Source: Azolla caroliniana (lineage: Eukaryota > Plantae > Polypodiophyta). Taken from it: 64,000 nt of DNA. Shown here one piece after another: positions 1 to 13,166 of this stretch. The notes under the pieces were generated by a model, which saw nothing but the letters and a program-made list of their open reading frames with translations, did not search any database and was not told the DNA's origin. The DNA lies in contig JBHGNT010000013.1 of NCBI GenBank assembly GCA_043228905.1, positions 16,368,001-16,432,000 on the forward strand, read 5' to 3'. The translations under genes were made by a program, and so were the position numbers. Every line of letters begins with the position of its first letter. Within the stretch, counting starts at the first letter, position 1.

Positions 1-226
1 ATAATTCTATCTCTATAAATTCTTAGCCTGTCTCTCCACTACATTTTATCTCTCTTCTCTCTTACTTTTTGCACGGGCTTCTATGCATCCTTTCCAGCCT
101 TTCTTTTCCCTTTTATTTTGCATATGCACAACTAATCACTTTTGTGTGCACACACATTGCACATGCACATTTTTTATCCCCCCCTTTCGCCTATTTTCCC
201 ACTCTTGAGCACGCCACATCACGACA
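1..226 (-). repeat. 3' LTR (partial) of Gypsy A
   Basis: Near-identical to 14962-15191; ends ...CATCACGACA (TGTCGTGATG on minus). Confidence 0.9.
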
Positions 227-240
227 TCCACCCCCACCAA
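227..240 (-). other. Polypurine tract of Gypsy A
   Basis: TTGGTGGGGGTGGA on minus directly abutting the LTR's TG. Confidence 0.8.
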
Positions 241-399
241 ACCACACATCCTCCGGTATGTGCCAAGAATGGCGGGCTGAGGGTGGTCAATAATTCATTT
301 CCTCCTCCTCATTGACCCTGTGGCTTGTTGTTTGTTCGCCTTTATCTTCGTCAAGGTCATCGAGGTTTGGCTCCCTGTCGTGTCGCTTTTCGAAGATTT

Positions 400-3300
400 T
401 GACCTGTCATGTGGTTATTGGTACTGCTAGCTTAGTCCCATCGAGTTCAGCGAGATGGTAGGGAGCATTATGGTTTGCACTCATTACCACGTACGGCCCG
501 AACCATCGCTTTGCGAATTTCTGCATTGAGCTATGTTGATTGTCGATACTACTATCATATACAATCACCTAGTCTCCTTCTTCGATCTTCTGAGGGCGTA
601 GTCGGTCTGTCTTGTCGAATCGGGCTTTGTTACTTAGCCTAGCCGCTTCTAACCTATCCTTTTCCAACTCCAAGTCTTCGGGTCTTCTCTCAAGTTGCCT
701 TATCCTTGTGGCTAGAAGCTCTTCTCGACTCATCTCGTTTTCCCACGACATCGCTACCCATGAAGCGATCGTGTGTTCAATGGGCATCACCGGCTTTTGT
801 CCGTACATGAGTTCAGCTGGCATGAAACCTGTAACTGAGCTATGAGTTGTTTTGTTGGCCCACAAGGCATAAGGTAGTAACCGAGGCCAATTCCCGACTC
901 GCCCATCACAAGCCCTAACAATGGCTTTTACGATAGGCTCGTGTCCGCATTCTATCTTTCCATTAGCTTCCGAGTTATAAGCGGCCGTGAGAGAGAGCTT
1001 CACTCCAAGTCGGTCAAAGAGCTTTGTAGCTTTGTGAGCGTTCAGCTCTCCTCTGTCGGCCACTATCTTTCTCACACATCCGTACTGGCAGATGATATCC
1101 TCAAGTAAGAATTTACACACCCCTGCCGTCGTTTTGTTTGCTAAGGCTCACCCTTCTACTTGGTTTGTTAGGTCTTCTCTTGCTAGCACCAAATATTTCA
1201 TTTGGCCCACTCCCATCAGCATCGAAACCAAATCCACCATCCATTTGAAGTGTATGATGAGTGGGTAGGTCGGGTGCAACTCGTCCCTATGGCGTACTTC
1301 TCCTTTAACTTCTCAAATGTTGCCCACGTTCCTCTATGGCCCGCCCAAGGACTCTCGTGGAGCTCAGACACCAATGTTGTTTGGTCTTCTTCCTTTATGA
1401 CCACTCGTTGTGGTGTCCCCATCCTTCTCTTCGGGTGCCTCCAGAGGAATCCCCCTCGTAGGAAGTACTTGTACGCTTTCTTTCAGACTCTCTGTGCTTC
1501 CTGCTTCGACCATGAACTATCCACCGTCATTGAGCTTAAGAACTTGCCAATGTGTAGCCACTCCCCTTTGTATTCACTTTCGTTGAAGGCGTGGAGTACT
1601 TGCACATCTTGATCATCTATAGATGCTTGGGCCATCTTAAAGAAGTCAAGAGCGACATCCTCATCTTCAAACACCATGTCGCTTTCGCCCTTGAATCTTG
1701 CCTTGGATAGCATATCTGCCATGGCATTGTTCTTCCCTGAAATGTGGTGAATCTCTGGGTTCATGGATTTGATGTAAGCAATCCACCTTAGCATAGCTAG
1801 GTCAGGTGTTGCACATCCTGAAACCATCCCTAGGATTGGAAGGCAATACGTCTCTATTACCACCTCTGACCCGATTAGGTAATCTTTATCCGCCTTTACT
1901 GCGGACACAATACCCCAAAGCTCATGTTTTACTTGGGCATATCCTCGTTGTCGCTTGCTTAAGACCTTGGCTCCAAACCGGATGGCGTAGCGTGTACCAT
2001 CCTCTCCTTCTTGGTTTATGACCCATCCGATCCCTATTGGACTCGTATCTACCATCACGTAGATGGGCACCCCTTCCTTGTATATGGCTTTTCGTAAAGC
2101 TGGTGCCGCTACCAATATTCCTTTGAACCTCTTCATTGCCTCTGTGTGCTCTTCCTCCCACTTGAACTTCCGCCCCTTCTTAAGTAGCCCATACAAGGGC
2201 TCGGCTAGGTGAGCATAAGGCGGGATCCAGATGTGGTAGAATGCACAGGCACCAAGAAATTGCCTCACCTCTATTTGCGATTTACATTCTTCCTTCATGT
2301 ATGTGATGGCATCCACCTTTGCCGGGGATGACTTCCGTCCGTACGCCCCACACAAGTGTCCCACCACAAGGATCTCCGGTTGGCCGAATGCCGATTTCTC
2401 ACCCGAGAAGGTCAAGTGTGCATCTTCGAGTCTTTGTAGAACCTTCTCGCAATCGGAGATGTGATATGCCACAAAACATCTGCACTCATCTTTGTCCAAG
2501 GTTTCATCTTTCTTCGCTTCAGAGCACCCTTTTATGGGGATGTCATCGAGGAACGACACGGTGATGTCGGGGATGCAATCTCTCAATACCTTGTTCAATG
2601 CATTTACCATGTGGGCTACAGAGTTAGTGCCTCCTTGTGGCAAGGTACACATTCGCACTAGGTCGATAGGCGAATTCATCAACGCTCAGTCCGACCCCTG
2701 CATTTCGAATTGTCACTTGATTAACTGGTTGTAGGTCCTAGATGAAGCGTAAGGTGTCGTTCTTCTTTGGCACAGTGAACCACCGATTCGAGTATGGGGC
2801 GTTTGATGGCTCGAGGATACCCATCTCAATATTTTCCTTGAGTAGTTCAATCAACTTCGGGATGTGAGCTCTCGGAACTGGGATTGGCTTGATGTTCCAC
2901 GGTACATGCGGCACCGTAAAGATCACCATTGGGTCCATGATCTTAGGGTTTACACACCCTATCTCACCTGACGAGAAGGCGAAAGCCCTTTTGTGGCTTT
3001 CGATCATCCTTCTAAATCTTTCCTCCTCCCTGGGAAATAGGAAGCCACCCCCACCAATCCGGAGCTTTTGTCGCGTCTCGTCGGTGAACCGGTGCCTTAT
3101 GCCTCTTGGGTCCCGCAAGGTAGGATCAACCGCTACCCCCTTTATCCGATCCCAACTATTGTTAGGCAATGGGGCAGTCACAGGCTTCACCTTCTTGTCC
3201 ACGGTCTTGTACTTTGTTTGCACCTTGATCATCCTCACTTCCTCAATCAACCGCCCAAGCTCTTCGATGGTGGTGTACATGTCAACTGAGTTGACTGGAA

Positions 3301-4219
3301 TTACATTGTCTTCATTGAGGCCTGAAATGACTACCCTCTCCATCTCTTTGAGAGTGTTGTCGAACGAGACCACCTCCATGGCACCACTTATGGTGTCATC
3401 TTCCCCCAATAAATTACATTGTTTGAGATACCTTTCATATCTCTTGGCCCTAGACTTATCTCTATCACTTAAACTAGTAATTTTACAAGCTCCATTTTCG
3501 GAGAACCAAAATTGTTTCCTATTACATTTAATAGTTTTACAAGGGTTTAGGGTCTTAGTTTGCCTCGGGTTATTTCGGCCCCACTCTTTAATAGCCCGAA
3601 TAAAAAATCCTCTCGGTTCTCCCCTTTGAGGGAGGCTCGATTGCGCTCATGGTTGGGCCTCACCATAAGGAATTGGACCGAATGCTTCCCATCTTGGCTC
3701 TTGACCCTCGCATATGTCGACCCATTGTCTAGCACCTTCGTCTCCATGCGAGCCGTTGTGATGTATGGTTCACCCAAGATGACTCTTGAACAAAGAAATG
3801 TTGTTCTATTTCTATGTCCCCCACCTTCACACGTACATTCGTGCAAGCTCCGTATAACTCCTCGGTTGCTCGGGTTGCCGCTCTAATCTTCCACCCGTGT
3901 TTTGTGTTGATCGGCCACTTTCCATGGACATAAGGTTGATCTCAAAGCCATGGTCGATTAATGCTACAGTTGGCTCTTTTACATCTCCGACCCGTACCGG
4001 TGTCTCCGTTGTTGCTCTCGCCCAATGCGGCCTCGTGTAGTGACTGTCCGCATAGTCTTCGTCTTCCTCGGGAACCTTAGTTGACAATGCATTTACAATC
4101 GCGGGCTTTGCCACTTCTTGCTCCATCGAGAGCCGCTTCCCTCTTCATTAGGTCGATGATGACCTCATGGAATTCTTTCTTGGCAATTCCGAGGACCTCT
4201 CGCAGAGTAAACTCTACGT
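400..4219 (-). pseudogene. Gypsy A pol (protease, RT, RNase H, integrase), broken by stops and frameshifts
   Basis: ALIDHGFEINLM (protease, 3827-4126); WFTVPKKN and LPQGGTNS...FLDDI (RT); VDTSP..IGW and ADMLS (RNase H); LHESPWAGHRG, IVADRGE, EANGKIE (integrase). Confidence 0.92.
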
Positions 4220-4500
4220 TGTCGCGTTGTTATTTCCACATGCATCCGGACAGCTACGACCCGACAGAAGAACTCCAGCCTCAACGCTTCGTCTACGCCA
4301 CGCTCCTCCATTTCCGCGTTGTAGGCTTCCAAGTAAGATGGGACTTTGTCCCCGTTGAAACGGCCGACTCTTTCGACCACTCGCTCAACCGCTTGTTGCG
4401 CTGCTTCTCGCCTCATCACCACTCGTGCCGACTCCAACACCACTTAGGCCACCATCTCCGCAAGTTCATCGTCTTCCGACTCCATCCTCCCTTGCCGCCT

Positions 4501-4518
4501 TTCACGTCACGTTCACCA
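4501..4518 (-). other. Primer-binding site (tRNA-Trp-like) of element B; second copy at 8705-8722
   Basis: TTCACGTCACGTTCACCA versus plant tRNA-Trp 3' end TTCACGTCGGGTTCACCA. Confidence 0.75.
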
Positions 4519-4522
4519 AAGA

Positions 4523-5289
4523 TGTCGCGTTGTTACGCGCGTGCGTGGAGAAAGGCGAGACCACGGGGGTCTTGGACTAGGGAGCGACGGAGCGTAGGAA
4601 GTCGTGCTTCACTGCTTCTGGGGCATCTCAGAAACACACCGGAAGCAACCGAAGGGAGAGAGAGTGAGAGAGAGAGAGCGTGCTTAACACCAACTCACGC
4701 ACACACACGCACACACAGCCCGACCCGACTCACGCCCTTATGTATAGGAAACGCAGGGAAGAAGGGGAGCACCCGACACCAACAAGACGCCAATATACAC
4801 AGACAGACGCAAACGTATATGTATATATATATAAGAAGAATACATTCCCGGCTTCGAGCCGGACTGAGGTAGGTTACAGTAGTCGTCTGCTGCCAAGCCG
4901 CCGTCGGGGAGCTCACGGGCTCGTCGCGCCGAGCGGGGTCTTGCACAGGAGATGAGCTGAAGCAAAACCTAAGCGAACACGAAGGGAAAGAAGAAGAAGC
5001 AGAAGAAACCTAACCCTAAACCTACCGGTATACCCTCTAATGCAAAAATGGGCAACCCCTACACAAAGGGTGTTCCCTTCCTTTTATAGATCAAGGAAAG
5101 GGATGCGTTACAATGTGGAACAAACCCCGACCTACATGGGATCGTCTGTCCCGACTTGACTACTCTTGGGCGCCATAAAGGCGCTCTCGATATTCACACT
5201 AAATGTACGTGGGTGCGTACACACGCTGCACCCCGCCGATGTAGCCAATGTTTCTCGGTTTTCGCCTATGGCCGAAATTCTTCACGACA
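4523..5289 (-). repeat. Shared internal LTR of element B (767 bp)
   Basis: TGTCGCG...CACGACA; PBS on one side, PPT (5290-5304) on the other; TATA-like CTATAAAAGG on minus near 5080. Confidence 0.88.
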
Positions 5290-8011
5290 TCCGCCCCCAC
5301 CTAACTGCACGTCCACCGGTACATGCCAATCTGGTTGAAGGGTGAGAGATTTCGGCTGGTGAGAAACCGGTCTCCCGTGATCCGCATCCCGGCTCGCTGC
5401 CGGTTAGATCTGTCGGCTTCGAGTCTTCCTTCGCGCTCGCCTCCCCGTAGGCTCGTTCGACCCGTCGATGGGTCCTCTGCCGCGATCTCCGTAGTACGCG
5501 TTCTTCCCGCCGTACGCCCGATGTCCTCCGCTTGAGGAATGCCCGTGGCAGCCCGCTTGGCCTCCGTTGTCGAATCATGATGTCCCGATGGTGTTTCGCG
5601 TTGCCTTCGTCCTTCCGCCGCCACCTTCCTTCTCCATGGTCTCACATCGCCGCGTCGGCTCGAACCGCCATGGTCTCCGGAACGGTGTGGAGGATCCTTT
5701 CCGACGTTCTCCGCGCTCGCCTTTCCGCTTTGGCACCTCCGTGTGCCATGTACCCTCGCCCGTTGTTTGGCACTGCCTATGTCGTACTCCGGTTTATTGC
5801 ACGCCTCGTCGGCCCCTTTCCGGCCAGATCGTGCATCGCCGCTCACCCGCATACCAGTGTCCTTTGCATCCGAGGAACACCCCGTAGTAGCCCGCTTGGC
5901 CCTTCCCGTCTCCGTGCTGCTGCAACAGGTCCTGAGTCTTCCGCTTGCCGTCGTCCCCTCGCCCCCACCAGCTTGTCACCCCGGCTTGCCGTGTCAGTCT
6001 TCGTTACTTCGACGGAGCTACCGAGATCTATGAAGCGAGTGTGGAGGATCCTCCTCCGGCCTCTCTTGCCATCCTGATCCCGACCCTATGCAGTCCACTA
6101 GGCACTTGTCACTTCGTTCTCGGCACCTCCCTTGTGCCGTCTTCCGCTTCCTTCGTTCGGCCCCGCCCGCGTCGAACACCGTCCCGTAGTCACGCTTCGA
6201 TCCGGCCCGCGATGGCCACTAGCGAGACTCTTGTTCTGCCCAAGGTGTGCCTTTCCGGCCTGACACACCTCTCCGTGTTTGCCCTTACCGGCTTCTTCCG
6301 AACCTCGTGTCGTCGGGTCCCGTTCCCTGCCGCCACCGTCCTTCTCCCTCGGTCTCACGTTGCCACGTTGGCCGAACTGCCGGAGTCTCCGGATCAGTGT
6401 GAGGGTCCCATAGGACCGGACTCTGTTTCTATGCTTGCCGAAACTCGGGTGTCTTTTGTTTGAGTCCCTCCCGGACTCTCCTCGTGTCTTCCGCGTAGCC
6501 GGGTCCCGTTTCCCGCCGCCACCTTCCTTCTCCCTCGGTCTCACGTTGCCACGATGGCAGCACAGCCGGAGTCTCCGGAACCGGTGTGGGGATCTCGTAA
6601 GACCAGACTTCCTTACGCCCATTGTCTTCGTCACCTCGCCGCCACCGTCAGTATCTTGGTCTTACGTCGACCGCGTTGCCGACTGCCGAAGTCTCTAGAA
6701 CCGGTGTGAAGGATCCTCCGTCGACCGCCCTTCCGTAGCCCTTGCCTTCGTCACCTCGCCGCCACCGTCAGTATCTTGGTCTTACGTCGACCGCGTTGCC
6801 GACTGCCGAAGTCTCGAGAACCAGTGTGAAGGATCCTCCGTAGGCCGCCGATTTGTCTTCCTGACCCTGTCCCGGGTCGTCCTTCTCCGTATACTGAGAG
6901 GGCGTTTTGTTCCGCACCCTCTCCCGTGGTACCGACGTACCGTGTCCTCGGCCTCTTCGTAGGCCAGCTCTCTTCCTCCCTCCTGGAATGGTCATCCGGG
7001 AGTCCGCTCCGCCCGGTTCTCGCTCGGGTTCGTTCGTCTTTCTCCAGATTGCCGAGTCCCGTTCTCCTGTCGCCACCGATCTCTCTTGTCGGACTCACGC
7101 CGGCACTCGGGCCTGCAGCCGGATCGGTGTAAGGAAACCCATAGGACCGGCTTTCATTCTCTTCCCAAATCTCGACCTTCGCCCGGTCGGTCTTTCTCCC
7201 CATGTAAAAGAGGGCGGCTCGTCCCGCACCCTCTCCCGTATTGGCACCTCTATGCCGAATCCGGCCTCGATCGAATGATCCACGACCGGATCACGCTCCA
7301 TCCGTATCGGAATGACAATCTCCTCGTGCCGCTTCCGTCCTTGGCCTCCTCGCAGGCCATTTCCCATCCGACTTCACTGGCATCGTGCCAGGACTCCTCG
7401 GTACCGCCATCCATCTCCTCGGTCTTACATGGCCATACGGGCCCGAATGCCAAGTTCTCCGGAATCGGGTCCGTGGGCTTTCGTCCGTTCCTTCCCCGTA
7501 TCGTCTCGCGGGTGATTCTTGGCCTATCGCTGCTGCCTTCCTCCGCTTGGGACTCGCGTGGGCACTCGGGCCCGACTGCCATCGCCTCGGGAGCAAGTGT
7601 GGGAAGACATAAGGAATCACCCGTCTGTTTTACGCCCTTGTCCGTAGCCACCGGCTCTCCGTGGTTGGCGGTCGTCTTCTTACCGATCGCGCAAGCCCCG
7701 TCTGGGCTTGCTTCTCCAATGACCGGGATCTCGGGCTGACACGCCCGAAACCGCTGGTCCCAACGTTCCGGTTCCGCGATCGATATCTCGGCCTCATCCT
7801 TGGCCGTTCTATCTCCGCAAGTCGAGAGGGCGTTTCGTTCTGCACCCTCTCCCGTGGTACCGACGTACCGATCTTCCGCCGTCGCGTGGGGCAAGTCCGT
7901 CTTCTTAGTCTCGGCTTGCGGCCTCCGTCTTTCCTCTTCCTCAAGCATCGCCTCGAGAGCTGCGTACGCCTCCGCAATCCTAGCCCCAACGCCGATCCTT
8001 GCCGACTCTCT

Positions 8012-8690
8012 TTACCGTTCGGCCTCTTCCCGTTGTGATGGCACGCCGTCGCATACCTTCCTCTTAGCCTTCTCGGCTCGCTCGTTGTCTAGCCGTTGGC
8101 ACACCCTTCCAACCTTCGACCAGTCCTCCGTAAGCCCATTCGCTCCGTCATTGTCTTCGAGCTCAATCCCGATGGCTTCCCGTTCCGCTCGGTCGATCAA
8201 CCTGACGAACAAAAGGACTTTGTCCGCCCCCACCAAACCTTGTTCCCGCTCCGGGAGCCGAGCAAGCCGTCTCTCAAACTCTCGGAACGCCTTGGTCGCG
8301 CCCCGATGGGTTTTTGCCGATGCTACCCACTAGTCAAAGTCGTGCCGTCCCCGGCTCTTCCGCCACCCTCCGTATGCCTTCAGGAGCGCCTCTTCGAAGG
8401 CCTCCCACGAACTATGAGCCTCTCAGAGCTCCTTTATTTCCACATGCATCCGGACAGCTACGACCCGACAGAAGAACTCCAGCCTCAACGCTTCGTCTAC
8501 GCCACGCTCCTCCATTTCCGCATTGTAGGCTTCCAAGTAAGATGGGACTTTGTCCCCGTTGAAACGGCCGACTCTTTCGACCACTCGCTCAACCGCTTGT
8601 TGCGCTGCTTCTCGCCTCATCACCACTCGTGCCGACTCCAACACCACTTAGGCCACCATCTCCGCAAGTTCATCGTCTTCCGACTCCATC
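8012..8690 (-). pseudogene. gag N-terminal remnant of element B
   Basis: VGRFNGDKVPSYLEAYNAEM...KVLLFVRLID...GLTEDWSKV aligns with Gypsy A gag MGRFNGRDITSYLDAYKAKM...KVLLFIKTVD...GLTTDWAMV. Confidence 0.85.
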
Positions 8691-8726
8691 CTCCCTTGCC
8701 GCCTTTCACGTCACGTTCACCAAAGA

Positions 8727-9070
8727 TGTCGCGTTGTTACGCGCGTGCATAGAGAAAGGCAGGACCACAGGGGTCTTGGACTAGGGAGCGACGGAGCGTA
8801 GGAAGTCGTGCTTCACTGCTTCTGGGGCATCTCAGAAACACACCGGAAGCAACCGAAGGGAGAGAGAGTGAGAGAGAGAGAGCGTGCTTAACACCAACTC
8901 ACGCACACACACGCACACACAGCCCGACCCGACTCACGCCCTTATGTATAGGAAACGCAGGGAAGAAGGGGAGCACCCGACACCAACAAGACGCCAATAT
9001 ACACAGACAGACGCAAATGTATATGTATATGTTTCTCGGTTTTCGCCTATGGCCGAAATTCTTCACGACA
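8727..9070 (-). repeat. 5' LTR of element B with an internal deletion of about 420 bp
   Basis: Matches 4523-4826 joined directly to 5249-5289. Confidence 0.88.
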
Positions 9071-10570
9071 ACGCGACAATCAAGGATCCTCTCCTCCACT
9101 ACCTTCTTCAAGTCCGTTGCTTGTTCGATCTTCGAGCAAAGCTTGAAGTTGGGGGGGTTCCCCTTCTCTTTCCATCTTTCGTCGCGTGCTTGAGACAGGT
9201 TCGGCTCTTCCCTTCTTCACGCACCTCGAGTGTCGTATTTCCTTGATGGACCGACTCCCTCGTCATTTTCTACCTTCTTCTCTTCTACCATTACTTCGTA
9301 GTTTTGGCAAGCGGCTTCCACTAAGCCTGTCTTTTCTTCCACCGGATCCTTCCACCCGGTTGCTTCTTGGACCCTTCTTTCCGCTTCATCCGGTTCTTCT
9401 CTTTTGAACTTCCCCTTAGAGAGGCTTCCAAGGATTGATGGACAAAAGTCAAACTCTCCTCTTGCCTCACCTCTTTCCCCACTTGGATCCCAGCCGATAC
9501 CGAGTAGTGGACGGCTTCAACATGTCATGCTTCGGCCTCCTCCATTAGCCTTCTCATGCCCCCTCGGCCTTGATTCAATCCCAAGGGGCGCCTCGTCTCC
9601 GTCTTATAGACCCTATTGTTCCAAAGATAGACAATATCCTTTCTTAGGGCCTCTTGAAAGTCTCCACACTCCCTTCGTAGGTGGTCGGGGTTGTCGCACC
9701 ACATACATCTTTGCGCGAACGGGGGATGCCGATCTTGAGGGCCGCCACTCTCTCTCCTAGCTTGTGCTATTTGGAGATCTCGCACCATCTTTGTCAGCTC
9801 GTCTATTGCCGACCCTCCCGACGGTGCTTCAACCACGTTTCTCTCGGGGACGAACCTTGCATTTGCTTGCTCTCTTTCTTGACGTATTCTACCACCCCTA
9901 GGTTCGTGTGTCTAACTAATGGAGCCTGTGGATGTTTGGCCGTTCAACAAAGACCCATCGTTCCATTCCCTTCTCTTATCAAAGCGGCTACAAACCCGTT
10001 TTACCATAGCCCAATCTGTCGTGAGCCCATCATCAGTTTCGAGGAGGGACCCTAGCTTCTCTCGGTCTCGTGCATCAACAGTCTTTATGAATAGTAGGAC
10101 CTTGCTTGTATCAAGCACCATCTTATTGAGAGCCGAGAGTTGTGCGAAGCACTTCTCAAATTCTTGTAAAAGTACCATAGTATTTCTCCCCTTGCCGGGA
10201 AGCTCAACCCACTCCATTAGATCCTTTTTCGAACTTCTGAGTGAGTCATCAAGGCCGTACTTCTCAAGGAGTCTTTCTTCGAACTCCACCCAATTGCAAC
10301 AGTCCGCTTGGATCTCGAGTACCTCTACGTGGATACTTGGCGTTACCACTCTAGCGAATCCGGTTAGCCTCCTATCTTCGGGGACGTTTCGCATAAGCAT
10401 TTTGGCCTTATAGGCATCCAAGTAGCTCGTGATATCTCTTCCATTGAACCGACCCATTGTGCTGACCACCGTCTCTATGGCTTGGTCTAGGCCGGTGATG
10501 CCTTCTCGGGCATTTCCCAAGCGGTCCACCGCCGCCGCCATCGCTTTAGCAAGTTCTCCTCCTCGCATCT
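9071..10570 (-). pseudogene. Gypsy A gag
   Basis: ORFs 9912-10619 and 9525-9836; zinc knuckle CMWCDNPDHLRREC. Confidence 0.88.
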
Positions 10571-10600
10571 TGGTTCTCCCTTGCCGCCCTTTCACGTCAG

Positions 10601-13114
10601 TTTCAGATCGATAACCCAACCTCGGAGCAACTCATCCGATATTTCGGTGAGTACTCTGTTGCCGGCAAAGGCTATCGGACGCAGGGCGGCGAAGATCCGC
10701 TATTCAGGGAGATAGCTCGAGTGCTCCATGAGTACGGTCACGTGTACCCCCGACCCCCTGTCATGCCAAAAAATCGGGCAGGGATGATCATAGCCACCTA
10801 TGAAGGGATCAAGGTGGACTGGCCGGTGTTGATTGCAGACGGGTTGTGCATGGCAATCGACATGGTACGAGGAAAGGACGGCAAGGAGGGCCGGAAGCTG
10901 TGGCACGCCGTAGCTCAATGGATAACATTGCTCGTGCCGCCGGTCGAGACCGTCCAGCCAAAGAAGCGGCCAAGAGTATCGGAAGGAAGCACCTCGAAGC
11001 CGGCGTCCAAACGACAGCAGCTGCTGGCGTCGAAGGCGACGAAAGGGAAGAAACGGGTCCCAGAACCGGAGGAGGTGTCACCGGTCCGACCCGTCAAGAT
11101 AACCTTACGGAGACCGGGACAGAAGGAACCGGAACCCTTGACGGCACAGACACATGCCGTGACACAGGAAGAGGAAACGGAGGAGCCAGAAGAGCACCTC
11201 CAACGACGGTCAAGAAGTAGGACCGCCGAAACAGGAGGGGAGCGGTCGTACCCGCGAGAGGCAGAAACGCCCCCAACTCAACCTGAGCAAACCACAAGGG
11301 AAGAACCGGAACCGGTGCGTAGGGAACCGGTCTTGTCGACTTCTATAGAAGAAGTCAGTCCAACGGCTCCGGAGACGGCGAGAACCGGAACTCAACAGCC
11401 GGCGAGCCCAGCCAGAGCACACGGCGGCCAAGGAGTAGAACCAGAACGACATATGCAGGCACTCAGGCCAGACAATTCCACAGGGAATGAGCCGACCCGA
11501 CCAGTACAGCAACAGGGCACCAGTAGCATGTGGCTACGGTGGGTAGGCGAGCAAATCGCCGGAGCGGTCGAGTATATAGAGGCGGAAGAGAGAGCGCACC
11601 AGGAACGGTTGCTCGTCACAACCGTAGATCTAGAGACGGCCCGGTCCAGAATCCGGAGCCTTGAACAAGACTTGGACAGGGTCACAAGGGAAATGGCTCA
11701 ATTCGCTTTGACAACACAAGTCCAAGCACCGGTGACTCCGGGCAATGTACAGAATAAAGTGTCAAATCAACCTGTACATAGCAATCAGACCCCGGCAACG
11801 GAAACCGTTCCGGAGAGAAATGCAGCACAAGCCCAAGAGCTTGCGGATTTAAAGGATGAGCTAGCTGCCCAAGAAGCGCTGAGGAGCCGCGAAAGAGAAT
11901 TGAAGACGGCAGCGGAGGCAGAACTCAAAAAGACTGCTGAGAATCTACGCCGGGCCGAGGAGAGCTTACGGAAAGGCCACCAAGCGTACGACCGGCTCAA
12001 GGAGGAGAAGGAGAAAATGCTGCAAGAGAAGGAGAGGCTCCGGAGGAACGCCGAAACAGAAGTAGAGCGCCTGAAAGAGGAACTCCGGCAGGTAAAGGAC
12101 CGGGAGGACCGGAACCATCGCCAGATCAACGGCAAGCTCAAACAAAAAACGGAGGAATTTGAGAACTTGCACCGGGAGTATAAACGGTTGCAAACGGAGC
12201 ACAAGGAACGGACGGATGAGCTCCGGCAAGCAGTTGATCGGACCGCAACCGCATTCGCCAAGGAACAAGCGGAAAACAGAAGACGGTTGGAAGAGGCGGA
12301 GAAGGTTCGGACAGAGCTCCTCAGGCAACAGCAGGCGGAAAAAGAAAGAGCGGCGGAGGTACTGCAGAGGCTGCAAACGACATATCAAGGGCAGCTGACG
12401 CGCTACAGAGAGCAGGCGGAGGATACGGCAAATCTCATCAAGCAGTTGAAGGAGGAGCGACAAGTGGTGGAAAGCAGAGCACAAATGGGAGCAAGTCGCA
12501 TCCAGGATATAATGCGGGCCTGGTTGAACCAGACCAAGAGCTTGATTGACAACGGGTCCGTCAAATGGTGGACCAAGTGGGCCACGAACGCGGTGGAACT
12601 CCAATTGCTCCGGGCTGATGTAGAGAACCGGCGGAAGGAGGGAGATGATTGCTATATGCTGACTTCCGAAGACTTCACCGGCATAAGAGATGAGCTTGCC
12701 GAAGACTTTCAAGCCTTGGCAGAGGACCAACTAGAGCAAGTCCGGCAACTTGTAGCTCAGCTGGACGACGACAGGCTGGAGGCGCAGATCTAGTTTGAAA
12801 GCTACGAGAGGTCCCGGATCCGGGGAGAGAAGGAACGAGAACCAGTTACGGTCAACCTCAGTGATGAGGAACCGTTACTGGAAGGAGACCGGACCGGAAG
12901 TAGTCAAACGGAGATGTCGGAGCCAGAGAGACAAACGGAGCAGCCGGAGTCAGCGAAACAAACGGAGCAGCAGCAGCAAGCAGAGCAGCCGGAGCAGCCT
13001 CAGTCCCAACCGCAACCACAGCAGCAGCAGCAAGCACAGCCGCAACAACCACAACCGGAAGAACAAGTGGAAATTCTTGAACAAAGTAATTTGGACAATT
13101 TGGGTGAACAATGA
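10601..13114 (+). CDS. Retroelement accessory ORF: N-terminal plant-transposon-protein-like domain, long coiled coil and Q/E-rich tail; 5'-truncated, one internal TAG at 12791
   Basis: 690-aa ORF 10721-12793; frame is open back to 10601 and continues in frame to 13114; GIKVDWPVLIADGL motif; E/K/R/Q-rich helical region. Confidence 0.7.
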
Positions 13115-13147
13115 AGGGGCCGAGAAGGGTTCGACGTACAAGGTACT

Positions 13148-13164
13148 GTCCCACGGGCGTGCCA
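13148..13164. other. tRNA-Arg 3'-end motif adjacent to the LTR of element D
   Basis: GTCCCACGGGCGTGCCA versus plant tRNA-Arg(UCU) 3' end GTCCCAC(C/T)GGGCGTGCCA, 2 nt from the LTR. Confidence 0.75.
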
Positions 13165-13166
13165 TG

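Larger units (their letters stand above)
4220..9070 (-). mobile_element. Non-autonomous gag-only LTR element 'B', tandem (LTR remnant - internal - LTR - internal - LTR), inserted in Gypsy A
   Basis: Starts TGTCGCGTTGTTA at 4220 and ends CTTCACGACA at 9070; flanks ACGT/ACGC; excision restores the host frame ILDCRVEFTLREVLG; 4233-4826 duplicates 8437-9030. Confidence 0.88.

Noticed and set aside
5282-8000. Many overlapping 100-230 aa ORFs on both strands
   Set aside because: GC-rich, stop-poor, internally duplicated interior of element B with no recognisable domains
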